Translations under genes and position numbers: made by a program | In this document: one piece after another, positions 24,780 through 38,387 of the stretch | Position numbering within the stretch: position 1 is the stretch's first letter | Layout of the letters: every line of letters begins with the position of its first letter | DNA from: Octopus sinensis | Taxonomy: Eukaryota | Reading direction: 5' to 3' | Assembly: GCF_006345805.1 (NCBI RefSeq) | Contig: NC_042999.1 | Location: 104,470,001-104,534,000 of the forward strand | Length of the DNA stretch: 64,000 nucleotides | Notes under the pieces: generated by a model | Told to the model about the DNA's origin: nothing | The model's database searches: none | The model's input: only the letters and a program-made list of their open reading frames with translations

Positions 24780-25876
24780 TGAACCGGTTGCGTTTGGTGC
24801 GACGGAAATTTTGACACCAAACGATAAATGTTTCGGTAAAGTTATGAGTCTTGGTATGGTTTTGAAAAGCTATTGTGTCTTCCACGCTGAAGTCGTTTTA
24901 GTTTTAACACATGATCTCTGATCAAATCACTTGGGTGGCATGTATATCTCCGAAATTCAGTAGAGACATTTGGGGGATATGAGGTCGGGCGTTGTCATGG
25001 AGAAGAGCTGATCCTTTTTGATTAACCAATGCTGGACATGATGCTTACAGTTCTTGGAAGAGTTTGTCTATTTTCTGGTAACACTTCTCTGTTGCTATCG
25101 TTTCGCAAAGATTCAAGAAACAATAGTGGATACTTGGTTGTTGGCAAGTGAAATCATCTAGTATATTTCTTTTGGTGAAGTTTCGGTTTATGAAAATATT
25201 TTAGTGCTTCACAATGCTTTTTCCATTGCATGAAACACCATCAGTTGCTGTTCAAAATCTATTCTTCATTCTAAGTCACAGTATGATGAAAAAATTCATC
25301 GTTCATGCTGGCCATAAGAAATGTAGAGCAGAATTTGTAACGGCGACCTTTCGAATTTTCATTCAAATTGTGTCGGAGCTGTTTTGATTTTCCAGTGTGG
25401 TGCAAATGTCGAAACACTGCTGAATAATTAATGCATAATTCTTCTATCAACCTCTCGAATTGTTTTCGGTGATCCTGCTTCATTAATGACTCTCCGTTGG
25501 ACGTTGTTGATCGTAGAAAGTCATCTGCAATCTTTCTCAATTTTAAAGCTCTGGTTTGAAACCATTGTTGAGCTATACGTTAGTTGGCAGTCCTGTGGCC
25601 AAGTAATTGACATTGAGCGTAGTTTCCGCTGCTTTACGTTCCAGTTAGAATTCACTCAATAAAATTTCTCGAATTTTCTTTTTTCCATTTTCAATTTGAC
25701 AGCCTGAATTAAACAAGTATAAACAGCGGAAACTAAACCATTAACAGAAATCAAGAGACCGAAACTCGCATTTTAAAATGGATTAGTTTGAACATAGTTA
25801 AGTAAAAGTTTATTCCAAAATATGTATGAAAGTTTAAAATAGGAAAAAAAACTGCAATTATTTTTGCATCACCAGC
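24780..25876 (-). mobile_element. Highly degenerate mariner (Hsmar1-like TIR)
   Basis: TIR-like aaaactgcaattatttttgcatcacc at 25847-25873; DNARPH motif at ~24985-25000. Confidence 0.72.
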
Positions 25877-28110
25877 GTAACGTGCTAAATAAATATAGAA
25901 AATCAGTGAGACAAGAAAAAGAAAAAAAAAAAGAAAAAGAAAAATGTAGACGGCATAACTTTATATGGGACTGGAGAAGGAAATCTGCTATATTTACATC
26001 AATCATTACAACGAACATTGACAATTAGAGGATGAAGACGGCAGTGGTTCCTTCAAGTGTGTTTAATCGATCGAACAGTGGAATTGATTGGATAAATTTT
26101 GCATCGGATGGTCGATTGAACTGATGTTTTAATTTGCTACAGGTTACAGCTCTTACTTCGTATATATTCTGATGAAATGCATTAATCGAGTTATATTTGA
26201 ATGACAGAAGAATTTATGAAATTTGTACCATTTAGAAAATGTGTACTGATGCATGTTATCGAACGAGAGAGATGGGAAAAGCATTAATGTGGCGGCGTTA
26301 AGTCTGCCAAGTCGGGCACTAATAAGGCACTAATTCCACTTTATATCGCAAAATGATTTTCGTCTTAAATTTACCATTTAGTATCAGCCATATAGACAAC
26401 AAACATTTAGTCAGTTACTAGGGTCAAGCTTTTAACTATAAAATAATGACGCTATTGCCTTATATAATTACATAAACATATACATCTCCTTTTCCATGAT
26501 GCAACTCTACTTGATAGAAATCCTTTAAGGAGAACAAAACAATACTACACAACCTCCCGGCTTAAAGTAATACCGATCAGTTAATTAGCTGAATTTATCC
26601 TATCACAGGGAATGTTATAGTTTCATCTTTGAAAGCGTTGACAGAAAATAAATCCAAACTAGTGTAACTTTTAGTTTAGTATTTTCGGTTATAAGCAGCT
26701 TTAGATAGAACGTGTACCACCAATATCTAAATAACGTGGCGTAATTGTTACTAATAAAGAATAAAACGAAAGTGGCATTGTATACATATAGACGCTTTAA
26801 GTTCAAATTCTGCCGGAGTTGACCTTGTCTTTTATCCTTTCGAGGGCTGTCAAGTTTAAAAAGGTTTTACGTAGCGATAAGGACGATATTTCAACAGCGG
26901 AGAGGCGCTGGAGCTTGGCACTTATCAAAGTGAGTTTATTGTTCCAATAGTTCTTTCACTATTACTATAATGACGAATGGAATGATGTTGTTAAATACAC
27001 TACAAACCAACACAGTTCTGGTTATATAACTTAGAGCAATATATTTTACTGCTCATTAGCTGTTACAAATGGCAAGTGGTGTATGTCAGCTAAGTTTTGT
27101 ACTGTAATTTTTAAGTAAGATAAATTTAAAATACATTTTTCATAATACTTAATCCCCCTTCCCAAACATATCTATAAATTTTAGAAAAAAATATTGCAAG
27201 ATAAGACAATAATAGCTATGAGCGCATTCTTCTCTGTTTTCCATCACGATTAAAGAGACACCAAACGACCATAGAATATAATAGTTGAAATGTTATTCGT
27301 GGCATATAAGATAGTCTGTGGTTTCGGAGCAAACTTTTAAAGGTTCAAATTAAGTACAGTAAATGTATTTTTTGTAGCAAATCGAATAACAAATCAATAA
27401 CTAAAGTTTGGATATAAGGTACAGTATTCATGAGGTACATCCAGCTGCGTGTAAGATATTACATTCGCGTCGGCAGTGAATAATATTTGTAATGTAGATT
27501 TAAAACTGAACTCGCATTTGCTTTACGGGCTTGCTTTAACAGAGGAAGTGTATGATGAAAAGTGCCTCAACTGCGCCTATTCCATCTTTACATATACCGG
27601 GAGCTAGATTTCCCATTGTATTTTGCATTTAAGGATTGATATGGGGCTAAACACTGTTGTTTAGCCAAATTCGGTCCTGATAATGTTGACGCTCAAGGGC
27701 ATTTAAATGTTGAATTTAGATTATTTTTTAAATAATACACTCTGGATTTCGTTATCAAAAAAGGTCCTTTCTTAAGACGATAGGCTATGGTTTGAATGGG
27801 ATTTTGCATGAAGCAGGTTGAACGACCACTTTCAGGCACCTTTTACTCACGAAATATATTAAAATTTAGCAGGTGGATGAATGTGATCTCTCACAATCCT
27901 GAGGAGCGGCCACAGCCGCTGAACTCACATCATTAACACAATCGTGGAAGAGTAATAAAGGCTCCTTAATCTTCAGAGCGTACGCTTGATAGACAGCAGC
28001 AAATAAGGTCAGCTTTAACTAAACAGCTCCGGATCAGGTCCATTTGAGCAACTGTAAGATCAATTGCAATCCAGCCATGACCATTGTGTCAATTTGCATG
28101 TCTACAACTA

Positions 28111-28672
28111 TTGGGTTGTCCGGAGAGTTCGTACCGATTTTTAAAGGAAAGAAAAAGGTCAATAAATACTTGCCATTACATTTTTAATCAACCAAATATG
28201 AACTATTTTGTTGCACAATGCGTTTCCATCTTTCCTTTAACTTGAAAATACCCTCTTCCCAGAATTGAGGTGGTTTCATGGCAAATAATTCATCAAGGTA
28301 TCTTTTTACGTCATCCAAAGAATTGAAATTTTTACCATTAAGAATATTCTGCAGAGCCCTGAATAAGTGGAAATCCGAAGGAGCAATATTTGGTGAATAT
28401 GGAGGGTAGGGTAACACATCCCAACAAACTGCAGCAATTTTTGTTTGGTTCCCAAAGCATCAAGTGCCGAACATGAACATTCTTATCTTCCAGTTTAAAG
28501 GGTTACAAAATTACAGGTTATAGGAACATAAACCTTCTTCCACGAAAAGATAGCTTTAACTGTGCTCTAAATGGAGGTGTAGTCAAATCCTATTTTATGA
28601 ACGCAACCATGTTCTAAAATAAGTCGAAAGGTAAGCTACTATAAATCGGCATGAACTTTCCTGACAACCCAA
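28111..28672 (-). mobile_element. Internally deleted mariner with both TIRs and TA duplication
   Basis: TA|ttgggttgtccggagagttcgtaccgattt ... aaatcggcatgaactttcctgacaacccaa|TA; ORF 28184-28417 carries PYSPNIAPSDFHLF. Confidence 0.93.
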
Positions 28673-29674
28673 TACATTTGTTCTCCATTTTAAAGCTGTA
28701 GTGTGTAATTGAGGAAGACTGGTTGTTATATCAAGCAGGCTGAGTGATCTTGTTTAGGCTATCGCGTCTCCTGCAGAGACTTTCTCGTTTGCTCTTAACG
28801 TCAGAGGTCAGATATTGATTTTTAGACAATAGTGTAGTGGTGTCGAAGACGAATCGGTCATTCATTGTACAATATTCTTGTAACGATTGAAAATAAATTG
28901 CCAATAAAGTAGGAGCAATTACAGAGACGGTTAACCCGAAAAAACACGTTCCGTATTTATTTAACAAATGAACTACAATTTCGTAATTAAATCCGTTTTA
29001 AGCGTCCTTCATTTATAACAAGATAGTCACGGATAACGATCTTAGTTGTTGAACCTTCGTTACGAACATGGAGACAAATTTCCGGATAAATACGTGACTC
29101 GGCGTCATCTCATGTTTTTGCAGCAGTAAGAAAAGCACAAAAATAAAAGAGGAAGTGAAAACGTTAAGCAGAACACAAATGTTTCTGGATAAGACATCTG
29201 TACATCATGTATCATTTAGTATGCATACTTAGATGATGCTTGGGTACACATATAAATGCACATGTAAGTAGATGCAGCCATACATGCAAAAATACAAATT
29301 ACATATGTAGGTAACAGGTATGCAAATGCATCACGTGATATTGTTTTGTATATACATGCACGCATATATACGTATGTACCTACGTACATACATACGTACG
29401 TACACACATACATATGTACATATGAATGTATCATCCATACATGCCTGCATACATATATATGGTTAACAAATACAGAAATACGTACAAGCATAATATTTTT
29501 GCATATATGCAAAACAGAGCACTATTCTGCAATGCATTTTCAGTACCTGATACTAAGCGTTTGGGATACTTGACTAATGTATTGAAGAGATACGATCCAT
29601 GGATATTAGAATATGTAAATCTAAATACCCTCTGGAAGCTTCCTCAGATGTAGTAATATTTTTAGGTTCTAAAG

Positions 29675-29865
29675 AAGGCGACGAGCATGTAGAAGCGTTA
29701 GCAGTTTGGGAAAAATGCTTAGCGGCATTTTTCCAACTTACGTTCTGAGTTCAAATGCTTTTTGTCGTTTCGGCGTCAATGAAATAAGTACCAGTTGAAC
29801 ACTGGTAATCGACTTCCTCCTTCTTCCGAAATTGCTGGCCTTGTGCCAAAATTTGAAACCAATAT
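29675..29865 (+). mobile_element. SINE family A, degenerate
   Basis: aaggcgacgagc head, ttctgagttcaaat, aataagtaccagttgaacactgg. Confidence 0.7.
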
Positions 29866-29870
29866 TTATA

Positions 29871-29952
29871 GATCTCGGTGTTTGTTCCGCGAACCGGTCA
29901 GCCAAGCGGCGTCCCGTTTGACCAATATGTAGAGAAGGACAGAGAGAGCAGG

Positions 29953-29954
<2 letters not shown>
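29871..29954 (-). mobile_element. Penelope-like GIY-YIG fragment
   Basis: SCSLCPSLHIGQTGRRLADRFAE; near-identical to 33595-33680 and 55360-55440. Confidence 0.8.
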
Positions 29955-30002
<48 letters not shown>

Positions 30003-30010
30003 TAATAATA

Positions 30011-30087
<77 letters not shown>

Positions 30088-30105
30088 GATAATAATAATA
30101 ATAAT
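29955..30105. repeat. (AAT)n microsatellite
   Basis: Direct reading. Confidence 0.95.
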
Positions 30106-30140
30106 GTGTCACTTTGGTGGTATGCACTGCTCTCTCACTC
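30106..30140 (+). mobile_element. 35-nt 3' terminus of the 8139-8695 element
   Basis: 33 of 35 nt match the reverse complement of 8139-8173; AAT repeats on both sides. Confidence 0.8.
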
Positions 30141-30144
30141 AATG

Positions 30145-31625
30145 ATAATAATAAACGACAAATCAAAAATTACGACTTTTATAAAGTCTATCACATTTGT
30201 TGGAGGAAATTACGTAAGAGCTTCTTGGTAAACAACATTCTTTGTTTTCTGGTTTGGAGTATAGACAAGTAAATATTGCAAACTACCAACCCTAGAGCAA
30301 CCAACATAAAGTTGACCAAGAGAAAAGCGTGGCTCAATTAAGTGCAAGCCAGTAGATTTCAAAGTTTGACCATGAGCTTTATTAATAGACATTGCAGAGC
30401 AAAGTCGCACTGGGAATTGTGTTCGTTTGAACACGAATGGCGTGTCATTTGGTTTGATTGGAATTCTTGAAATGAAAACCTCTTCCCCAGGGGCACATCC
30501 AGTGATAATGATAGCTTCTGTCACATTAGGTGATAATGTCTTCTCTATCAACCTTGTCCCATTGCATAATTTAGGAGGATTAAATTTCTTAGAAGCATTA
30601 TTGAGACTCCTACCCTCAGAAAAAGTTTATGTGGAGGAGTTCCAGGTAGCTCAAGAAAATTGAGGAACTCTGGTGGGTAATGGACAGCTTGATTTTCATC
30701 AAGAACTGAATCAACTGATTTGTACTCCTTAATGATTGTTGTTGTCTTATATATTAATTCATGGTTAATTCTTCCTACTGTCTCATTTTTTGGAGCAAGA
30801 ATTGCCCTTTCATGTAACCATTTATGTGAATTATGACTAGCACCTAAATCTGAAAATACCCTGTTGTTCAGCTGGGGAATTCACCATGATAGCGATATGA
30901 GCCAAATTGATATCACCATTCCCATCAAATGGTACTTTCCCATTTCCTAATTGGAAGAGCAAAGTTGAAAGCTGTTTTGCGCGTTGATCCTCATGTTATA
31001 AAACTCGCATGTTTGTATTGAAGGAGAATTTCTGTACTTTATTCCACAGGTGTGAAAACTTAATGCATGCTTTTATTTCATTAGATCTTGTTCCTCTCGG
31101 AATGAGTAGTAATATCTGTCTGAAGTCTCCTGATGAAACTAATGTAACTCCTTCCATAGATTTATTGTTGCCTCTTATGTCGTTAAAGTCTTATCAAGAG
31201 CTTCCATTGCACCTCTATGTGACATGGTGCATTCATCCCAAATGATCAGGTGGCGTTGGCGCAACACTTCTGTTGAACTTGAACCTTTGCTTACAAATTG
31301 GACTGTCGAATGTGACCAGGTTTAGCGGTAATTTAAAAGCAGCTTGTCTTTGTCTTGCATCCTTTAAACGTTTCTCTCTTTCCTCTTTTGACTCTTGGCT
31401 CCTGCAGATTGCATTTTGTTGATGTAATTGTTCTAACCGTTCTTCTCGTACCTCTTGTGACTCATTGACTCTGCGTTCAGCAACTCACCTGCGGTCGTTT
31501 TCATGCCTTTGCTGTTGATGTGCAGGTGTCCCTCGTGACCTTACTCTGGCTATCTATACTCGTTTTTGCTTCACTGTAGAATACTGATCATCTACATCTA
31601 CCCCGTCTTCCCTTGTAGAGTGTGA
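30145..31625 (-). mobile_element. Degenerate internally deleted Helitron (Pif1-type helicase remnants)
   Basis: IWDECTMSH, GDFRQIL, RIPIKP..F.FKRTQFPVRL..AMSINKAHGQTL, GQLYVGCSRV, TKNVVYQEAL; charged N-terminal segment joined directly to AFKLPLNL. Confidence 0.9.
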
Positions 31626-31759
31626 GAACATTTTTCTCGGAAACTTTTTTGAAAATTAAAACGGGGATTAAATAAAAAGAATGAGTGAATATCTTCAGAA
31701 GAGTGATTGAAATAAATGGCACACACACACACAAACACACAAACACACACACATGCACA

Positions 31760-31992
31760 TACATACAGTATCAAATATCAGCGTCTCTTTCTCTCTCGCT
31801 TGCTCCCTCTCTTTGTGCCGGATTTCTTTCATCTTCACTATAGAACATACATACAGTATCAAATACCAGCGTCTCTCTCACCCACTATCCCTCTCTCTTT
31901 CAACTTCTTGTTCTATACACCATATTTTGCCGTTTTCTTCTAATATATAAGGAACAATTTCATTCCCGGGCAACGTCGGTTGCCTCTGCTAG
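31760..31992 (+). mobile_element. Helitron-type 3' terminus (hairpin plus CTAG before T)
   Basis: ggcaac-gtcg-gttgcc hairpin 31969-31984, CTAG 31989-31992, then T. Confidence 0.6.
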
Positions 31993-32043
31993 TACACACA
32001 CACACACACACACACACATGTATGTATGTGTGTGTGTGAGTGT

Positions 32044-32344
32044 GTGAAGGCGTGTGGCTTTGTGGTTAGGGGTATTCAGCTCACGATTTAAGGTCGTGAG
32101 TTCGAATCCTTGCCGCACTTTGTACTCTTGAGCAAGGCACTATATTTCACGTGGCTCAAGTCCATTCAGCTGGCAAAAATGAGTTGTATCTGTAATTCAA
32201 AAGGGTTAGCATGGTCACATTATGTGTCACGCTTAATCTCTCTGAAAACTACGTTAAGGGTATGAGTGTCTGTGGAGTGCTCAGCCACTTGCACGTTAAT
32301 TTCACGAGTAGGCTGGAACCCTCGTCGTTGTAATCGATGGAGTG
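32044..32344 (+). mobile_element. tRNA-derived SINE family D
   Basis: gtgaaggcgtgtggctttgtggttagg A box, gagttcgaatcc B box, cttgagcaaggcac body; paralogous to 61997-62317. Confidence 0.85.
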
Positions 32345-32435
32345 TGACCTACCTACCTACCTACCTACCTACCTACCTACCTATCTACCTACCTATCTAT
32401 ACATATATAGATAGGTAGGTAGCTGTATATCTAGG

Positions 32436-32486
<51 letters not shown>

Positions 32487-32487
<1 letters not shown>

Positions 32488-32780
32488 GGAGGCGCAATGG
32501 CTCAGTGGTTAGGGCAGCGAACTCGCGGTCGTAGGATCGCGATTTCGATTCCCAGGCCGGGCGTTGTGAGTGTTTATTGAGCGAAAACACCTAAAACCTC
32601 CACGACGCTCCGGGAGTGGTGATCCCTGCTGTACTCTTTCACCACTCTTTCTCCCACTCTTTCTTCTGTTGGCCTGCTCGCTTAGCCAGCGGGGTAGCGT
32701 CATTCAAAGGCTAAAACAATGCGAACGCATTGTGACCAGCGATGTGTAACAACATCTGATGGTCTGGTCGGTCACGTGAT

Positions 32781-32787
<7 letters not shown>
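32487..32787 (+). mobile_element. tRNA-derived SINE family B, tail type 1, in (TA)n
   Basis: Same structure as 23931-24222; ends tcacgtgatcacgtga(TA)n. Confidence 0.9.
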
Positions 32788-32825
<38 letters not shown>

Positions 32826-33490
32826 CATACATGCTTGCATGCATACGTACACGCATAACAACCTATTCACCAACCTACTTACCTACCCACCTACCAATCT
32901 ATCGACATACCTACCCACCGCCTTCCTCTCAACCTACATCTGTACTTGCATGCATATTTACCTAGCTGCTTGCATACGTACGCGAACAATTATGTATGTA
33001 AGTATGCATGTATGTATGTGTGTGCATGTATGTATGTGTGTGTATGTGGATATGTATGTGTGCGTGTGTATGTATGTACCTATCAGCAAATAAGCTAACC
33101 ATTAATTCGGCAAATATCTCCAAATGTGCTGAACGCTAACAATATGTACCTGTTCAAGTTCGGTGGTAGAACCAAGGCTGTATTGAATAAATAAAAATCG
33201 TTTAAGTTGTAAACAACCTTAAATTTAATCACATCTAAAATCTCTTGAAACTTTTGAATACAACCATCGTCTAATTAAATTGCATAATTAAATATTAAGC
33301 ATAAGGAAAACAAAATTATCGTGGACAACGCCTAAGCGTATGTAGTTTCAACGTATAATGCATAGTTTCAAACTATAATGTATACAGAGTTGCTTCCCGT
33401 TTAAATTGACACAAATTTTATCTGAAAGAACATCGGCGAATGCCTTGAAACACATCAAAGTGAACAAGAAGTAAAGTTCACAGAGAAAGT

Positions 33491-33700
33491 TGCCCTTACC
33501 TCTCCAACACTACCCTCTTTACAGGCACCAATCACCGACCCTATCATATCACTGACTCCTTCACCTGTACTTCTAGCAACGTCATCTACTACATCTCCTG
33601 CTCTCTCTGTCCTTCTCTATACATTGGTCAAACGGGTCGCCACTTGGCTGACCGGTTCACGGAAAACTTCCGAGACATCCGTCTCGGCAACGACACCCCC
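33491..33700 (+). mobile_element. Penelope-like GIY-YIG fragment
   Basis: CPYLSNTTLFTGTNHRPYHITDSFTCTSSNVIYYISCSLCPSLYIGQTGRHLADRF. Confidence 0.85.
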
Positions 33701-33989
33701 ATCGTGTGGTGAAAGTTCACATAAGATTTACGAGAAAGAGGTATTAAGTATTGAAGTTTTAAGCAGATGAAAAGCATCTAGGTGTCTGTTTTGAAATTGA
33801 AAATGATTTTGTAGGATTTGTACTAGTTCCGAAAAAGGAGAGCTACTTAATTTAACTAAACAAACCTGGTAGCTTTTGTATGTTTTTAGAATTTGTAAGC
33901 AGTAAGTAGTCAATGAGAGGCTTCAATATTTCTATGTTTGGTTGAAGAAAATTATTTTCTGTTTTGTATTCTCAATAACAAATGGATAT

Positions 33990-34250
33990 TTGGAGGAAAA
34001 GACATTTGTCATTGTCCTATGTAATGTTGAAATTCTTAGTAGCTGAAATATATTTAGTCAAGTCCTCAACGTGCTTTTCAATAGGTTTTACAATGACAAT
34101 AACATTGTTGAGATAGTTATGAGTTCCTTTGATGTTTTCAGTAATTATGCCAGTCACTATACTTTGAAAAGCGCTTACGACATTAGTCACACCAAAGAGC
34201 AAACTTGTAAGCTGGAATTAGAGTCCATCAATATGACTAAAAGTGTTATC
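33990..34250 (-). mobile_element. Degenerate Ty3/Gypsy reverse transcriptase fragment
   Basis: LFGVTNVVSAFQ...KGTHNYLNNV resembles PFG.TN..SAFQR...YLDD/N of Gypsy RT. Confidence 0.62.
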
Positions 34251-35660
34251 TTTTATCGTTACGCTGTAGTGGATTCCGATGGTGTGACACTTACTAGTCC
34301 AATTTGCTACAGAATATATTGTGGGAAATAGAACATACGAGATTTTCAATATTAGGAAATGATTAGGTATTCAAAAAGCAGCAGTGATTTATCAGCTGTG
34401 AATAGTCAATAGTGATTTATCAACAGTGAACAGAGCGCTGATTGCCAGTTACCACTATCACTTACGTTCGCAATAGAGAGACTGAGGGTTCAAAAATACC
34501 ATAATCCAAAATCATTTAACTTTTGTTTTCTTAACAGACAACATTCCTTGAAGTGAAAACAAACAGCGATATTTAGTGGCGTTTGGTTTCAAATCATTAA
34601 ATCGGCAGGTAATATGTGAGAAGTCACCAAGATAGGAACACGGTGAGCAGTAGTAAGATATTTTAAAAGATTCTCTTAAAGATTCTCTGTTGTTTAAAAA
34701 CAACAGCGTTGTCAGAGTCATTGGGTAACACCAGTTAGATAAAACGTTGAGGCTAAATAACCATAAGAGGTGCTTTACTCGACGCAGAAACAGTAGAAGC
34801 TACCTAAAAGTATAGCAAGCTCTTCTCTTCATATTAACTAAATTTCTCAAAATATTGGAAACTCTTTTGTATTTTCAGCAGGTATCTCAGAATCACAAGC
34901 GTTTCATCTCTTAGCCTGTCTATTTTACCGGAGTGGGGTAGCGAGAACTAAATTAGGTTTCGTCTACAGAAGACTTTCCTCTGCGATGATTTGTCAACAA
35001 CTAGCACTAACCGGCCTCAGCCATCGTGGCTATCTCATTGGCGGTTTCCTTCTGTTGTTTGGGTTCCAAGCCAATCTACTTCAGGAAATAGCGCAGAATG
35101 AATCTTTATTGTTTAGTTTAGTTTAGGAAATTAGCAAAAATGCTAGGAATGTATTTGCCAGCGTATTCGCTGTGCTTGTATCTCAGAAAACGCTGAGTTG
35201 CGGAGGAAGATATTTTTCCATTGTTATTGTTTATTTCCGAGTTTTAGCAGCCTCAATTGTCATAACGAGAACCACCAGTTGAGAACCATTTACTTTATTC
35301 AGTTAAATGACTCAACTTCTATATACAAATTGCAAAGAGTATACATTCGTATTTATTGTAAATGGCTGACAATTAACCTTCAACTAAAGTATATCATAAT
35401 GCATCCGGAAACAGGAAGTTACAATTAGTAGTCTCACACATACACATACACACACGTATGTACACACAGACGCACATATACACAGACGCACATACAATGG
35501 CACACACACACACACACATGTACACACATATACACAGACAAACACACACACGCGCGCAAACGCACACACAAAAGTATCTGTAACTGAAACGCACACGCGA
35601 ACATATTTTAACGTATGAGTTTGAGAGTTGTGACATATGTCAAAAATATATTTTACGTAT

Positions 35661-35990
35661 TCTTTTATTCATTTACTTGTTTCTGTCATTTGACTGTGGC
35701 CATGCTGGAGGGCCACCTTGAAGGATTTTAGTCGGACATATTGACCATAGGTCATATTTATTTTAAGGTCTCTTTTGCTGAACCGCTAAGTTACGGAGAC
35801 GTAAACACACCAACACTAGTTGTCAAGCGGCGGTGGGGGGGGACAAACACAGATACATAGACACATATATAGAGATACACATGCACATCCATGTACACAC
35901 ACATTTACGATGGGCTTCTTTCGGTTTCCGTGTACCAAATCGACTCACAAGGCTTTGGTCAGCTCAAGGCTATATGCAAAGATAGTTGTA
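35661..35990 (-). mobile_element. SINE family C, 5' truncated
   Basis: Reverse complement of cgtaacttagcggttcagcaaaagagacc and ccagcatggccacagtcaaatgacagaaacaagtaaa tail. Confidence 0.75.
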
Positions 35991-36735
35991 CCGTCTGAAG
36001 CCACCTTTTTGCCAGTTCTTTGATTTCACACCGATGCCAGTTCTTCTCTTTCAAGGCGAAGAACTCCTTCACTGAAGCTTCCACCTCCCCTTGGTTGACG
36101 AAGCATCACGAGTGCAGGAAGTGATCCATGAATCGGAACAAGTAATAATCCGAAGGAGTTAGGTTCGAACTATAAGCCGGGGGTGGCATCAGTTCGATTC
36201 ATTCAAGTTCCTGGAGTTTATTCCAGGTCTTTCGAACGGTATGAGGTCTTGCATTTGTTTGCTGCAGAAGAGCTCGTTTTTTGTTAACCAATGTCGGGTA
36301 TTTAGCTGCAGACTGGCATAAATCTGTGAGATGCCAAGCTCGCCTAATACTTCCCGGATACGACTCACCGGATTTGCCTTATCCTATCTTAGAGGTTCTT
36401 GCAACCTGAGCGAAATTTCTTCAGCTATCTGTTACTGAACTGTGATCAACTGCGCCTTCATTTTTCGCGCAACAAATGTCTTTGGTTGCTTCCGCGGTGT
36501 TATGGCCTAATTCAAACACGTAAGGCATAAGACCCTGAATTAGATTAGGTTGAACGTTCATCTGTGCGGCTTTCAAATCGTATACAGAGTGAAAGAATGC
36601 ACAACATGTCAGTGAACTAACCACTACGATACTACCAACCTCAGCGGGTATCTTCCACAGTTTGAACAGCTTCAGCCACATAATATATACGCCGCAAACT
36701 AGCATGTATGCAAATATTGTAAAACTCGCCTCCAT
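35991..36735 (-). mobile_element. Internally deleted degenerate mariner
   Basis: N-terminal FELGHNTAEATKDIC; C-terminal NARPH, PAYSSNLTPSDYYLFRFMDHF, ELAKRW. Confidence 0.8.
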
Positions 36736-37751
36736 ATATCAAATTAACTTTTCACATTATCATTTTGTCTTCTAAAAGTTTACACAAATAACTTAATAGA
36801 TTAATACTTAAACACTTGCACTCATACGCATGCACATAAAACTGACATTTAACATACAGGCATTAGTGTCTGAGTTTTACACATTACTGATTAATTTGAA
36901 TTTAATTAATCGAATTTTAACTAATTTGATTTTTATTTTAGCACATGATGCATTATAGTCTTAATTTAGAATTAATTCTAATTCATAGACTATAATAAGT
37001 TTGTATATATATACTTTTTTGAGATCAATTTAAGCTGATAATTTTCTTAATTGAAACCGCTGTTTGATTATATTATTCATGTTAATTTTTCCTTTTCTTT
37101 CTTGATCTAACCAATATACATATAAGCATACAATAAATAACAGTCACTATTATACAAACACACATACATATACATACACAAAATAACACAAAATACTTTT
37201 CCATCTTCCTTTTATTACCTACATTATGTCAATTTAAATATTCTTCATTTGACCACTATTTGATCACTCTTGATTTGCTTGACCGCTCTTACCTTTAATA
37301 TTATATTTAGCCTTTTATCTCTATAGAAATAACATCCTTGCATCATATTTCTTACTTGATACACACTGACCCCTATCTTTACCTCTTTGTTTTTTTGTTC
37401 TGTTTTCCATTTGTCTTTACGTAGTCATCCTCAATTAACAACGTTTAAAATTCTTTATCAGACTTTAAACTCATCCATCAGAATTTCGTTCTGAGAATTT
37501 TAACTACAACTGTAGTTTTCCACCTCAGCATCGTTTCCTAATAACGAAGCTTTCCTTATATCAACACGAGAAACATATTTTTCATTACTGTTTGGATAAA
37601 CTGCCATGTGAAACTTGAAGTATTACGCAAAACAAATTTTAAAGCAAATTTGACACTACTCATGGTATTGAGTTTCGTTTTCATTAAATATTCGGTTCTT
37701 GTCTTTTACAAATAACTTTAACACAATAACTGTAATAAAACACACACGCGC

Positions 37752-37760
37752 ATATATATT

Positions 37761-37807
<47 letters not shown>

Positions 37808-37828
37808 ATATATATATATATATGTATG

Positions 37829-37860
<32 letters not shown>

Positions 37861-37924
37861 TTATATATATATATATATATATATCTATATATATATATAT
37901 GTATGTATATATATATATGTATAT

Positions 37925-37976
<52 letters not shown>
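37752..37976. repeat. (TA)n microsatellite
   Basis: Direct reading. Confidence 0.95.
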
Positions 37977-37980
<4 letters not shown>

Positions 37981-38387
37981 TTTTTGGGGATCCTGCTATC
38001 CTTCATTCTAATAAGGTATCCAGTCCAACGTAACCGGTGCTTGTGCACCATCACCTCAATACTCAAGATACCAGCTTTTCTCAGGACCTTTACATGACGT
38101 TTGTAAAGGGTCCATGTCTCACATGGGGAACTTGTTAGTAGAAAGAGACCCTGGCAGAAACCAAGCTGTGTCAAGTCCTCATTAAAAGCCTGTGATATGA
38201 AGGAGGGCGACTGAGAGAGCAATTGCTGTCATCGCCACAGATGAAGGAGGCAGGTTAAGGAGGGGATCGATACCTTTGAGAGAGCACGTATTCTGCGTGA
38301 AGAATTTTAGCGTCCTGCTCCAAAGCGCACTGCTAGTGTAGTGAATGGGGAAAGCTTGGTTTGCAATGTTTGCAGTCGTGTATGCTT
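37977..38387. mobile_element. RTE-clade LINE 3' fragment with internal inversion
   Basis: 37977-38123 minus strand [34 protein letters not shown]; 38123-38387 plus strand [35 protein letters not shown]. Confidence 0.8.

Noticed and set aside
28731-28967. 78-codon ORF with a hydrophobic stretch
   Set aside because: Non-ATG start, no recognisable family, length compatible with chance
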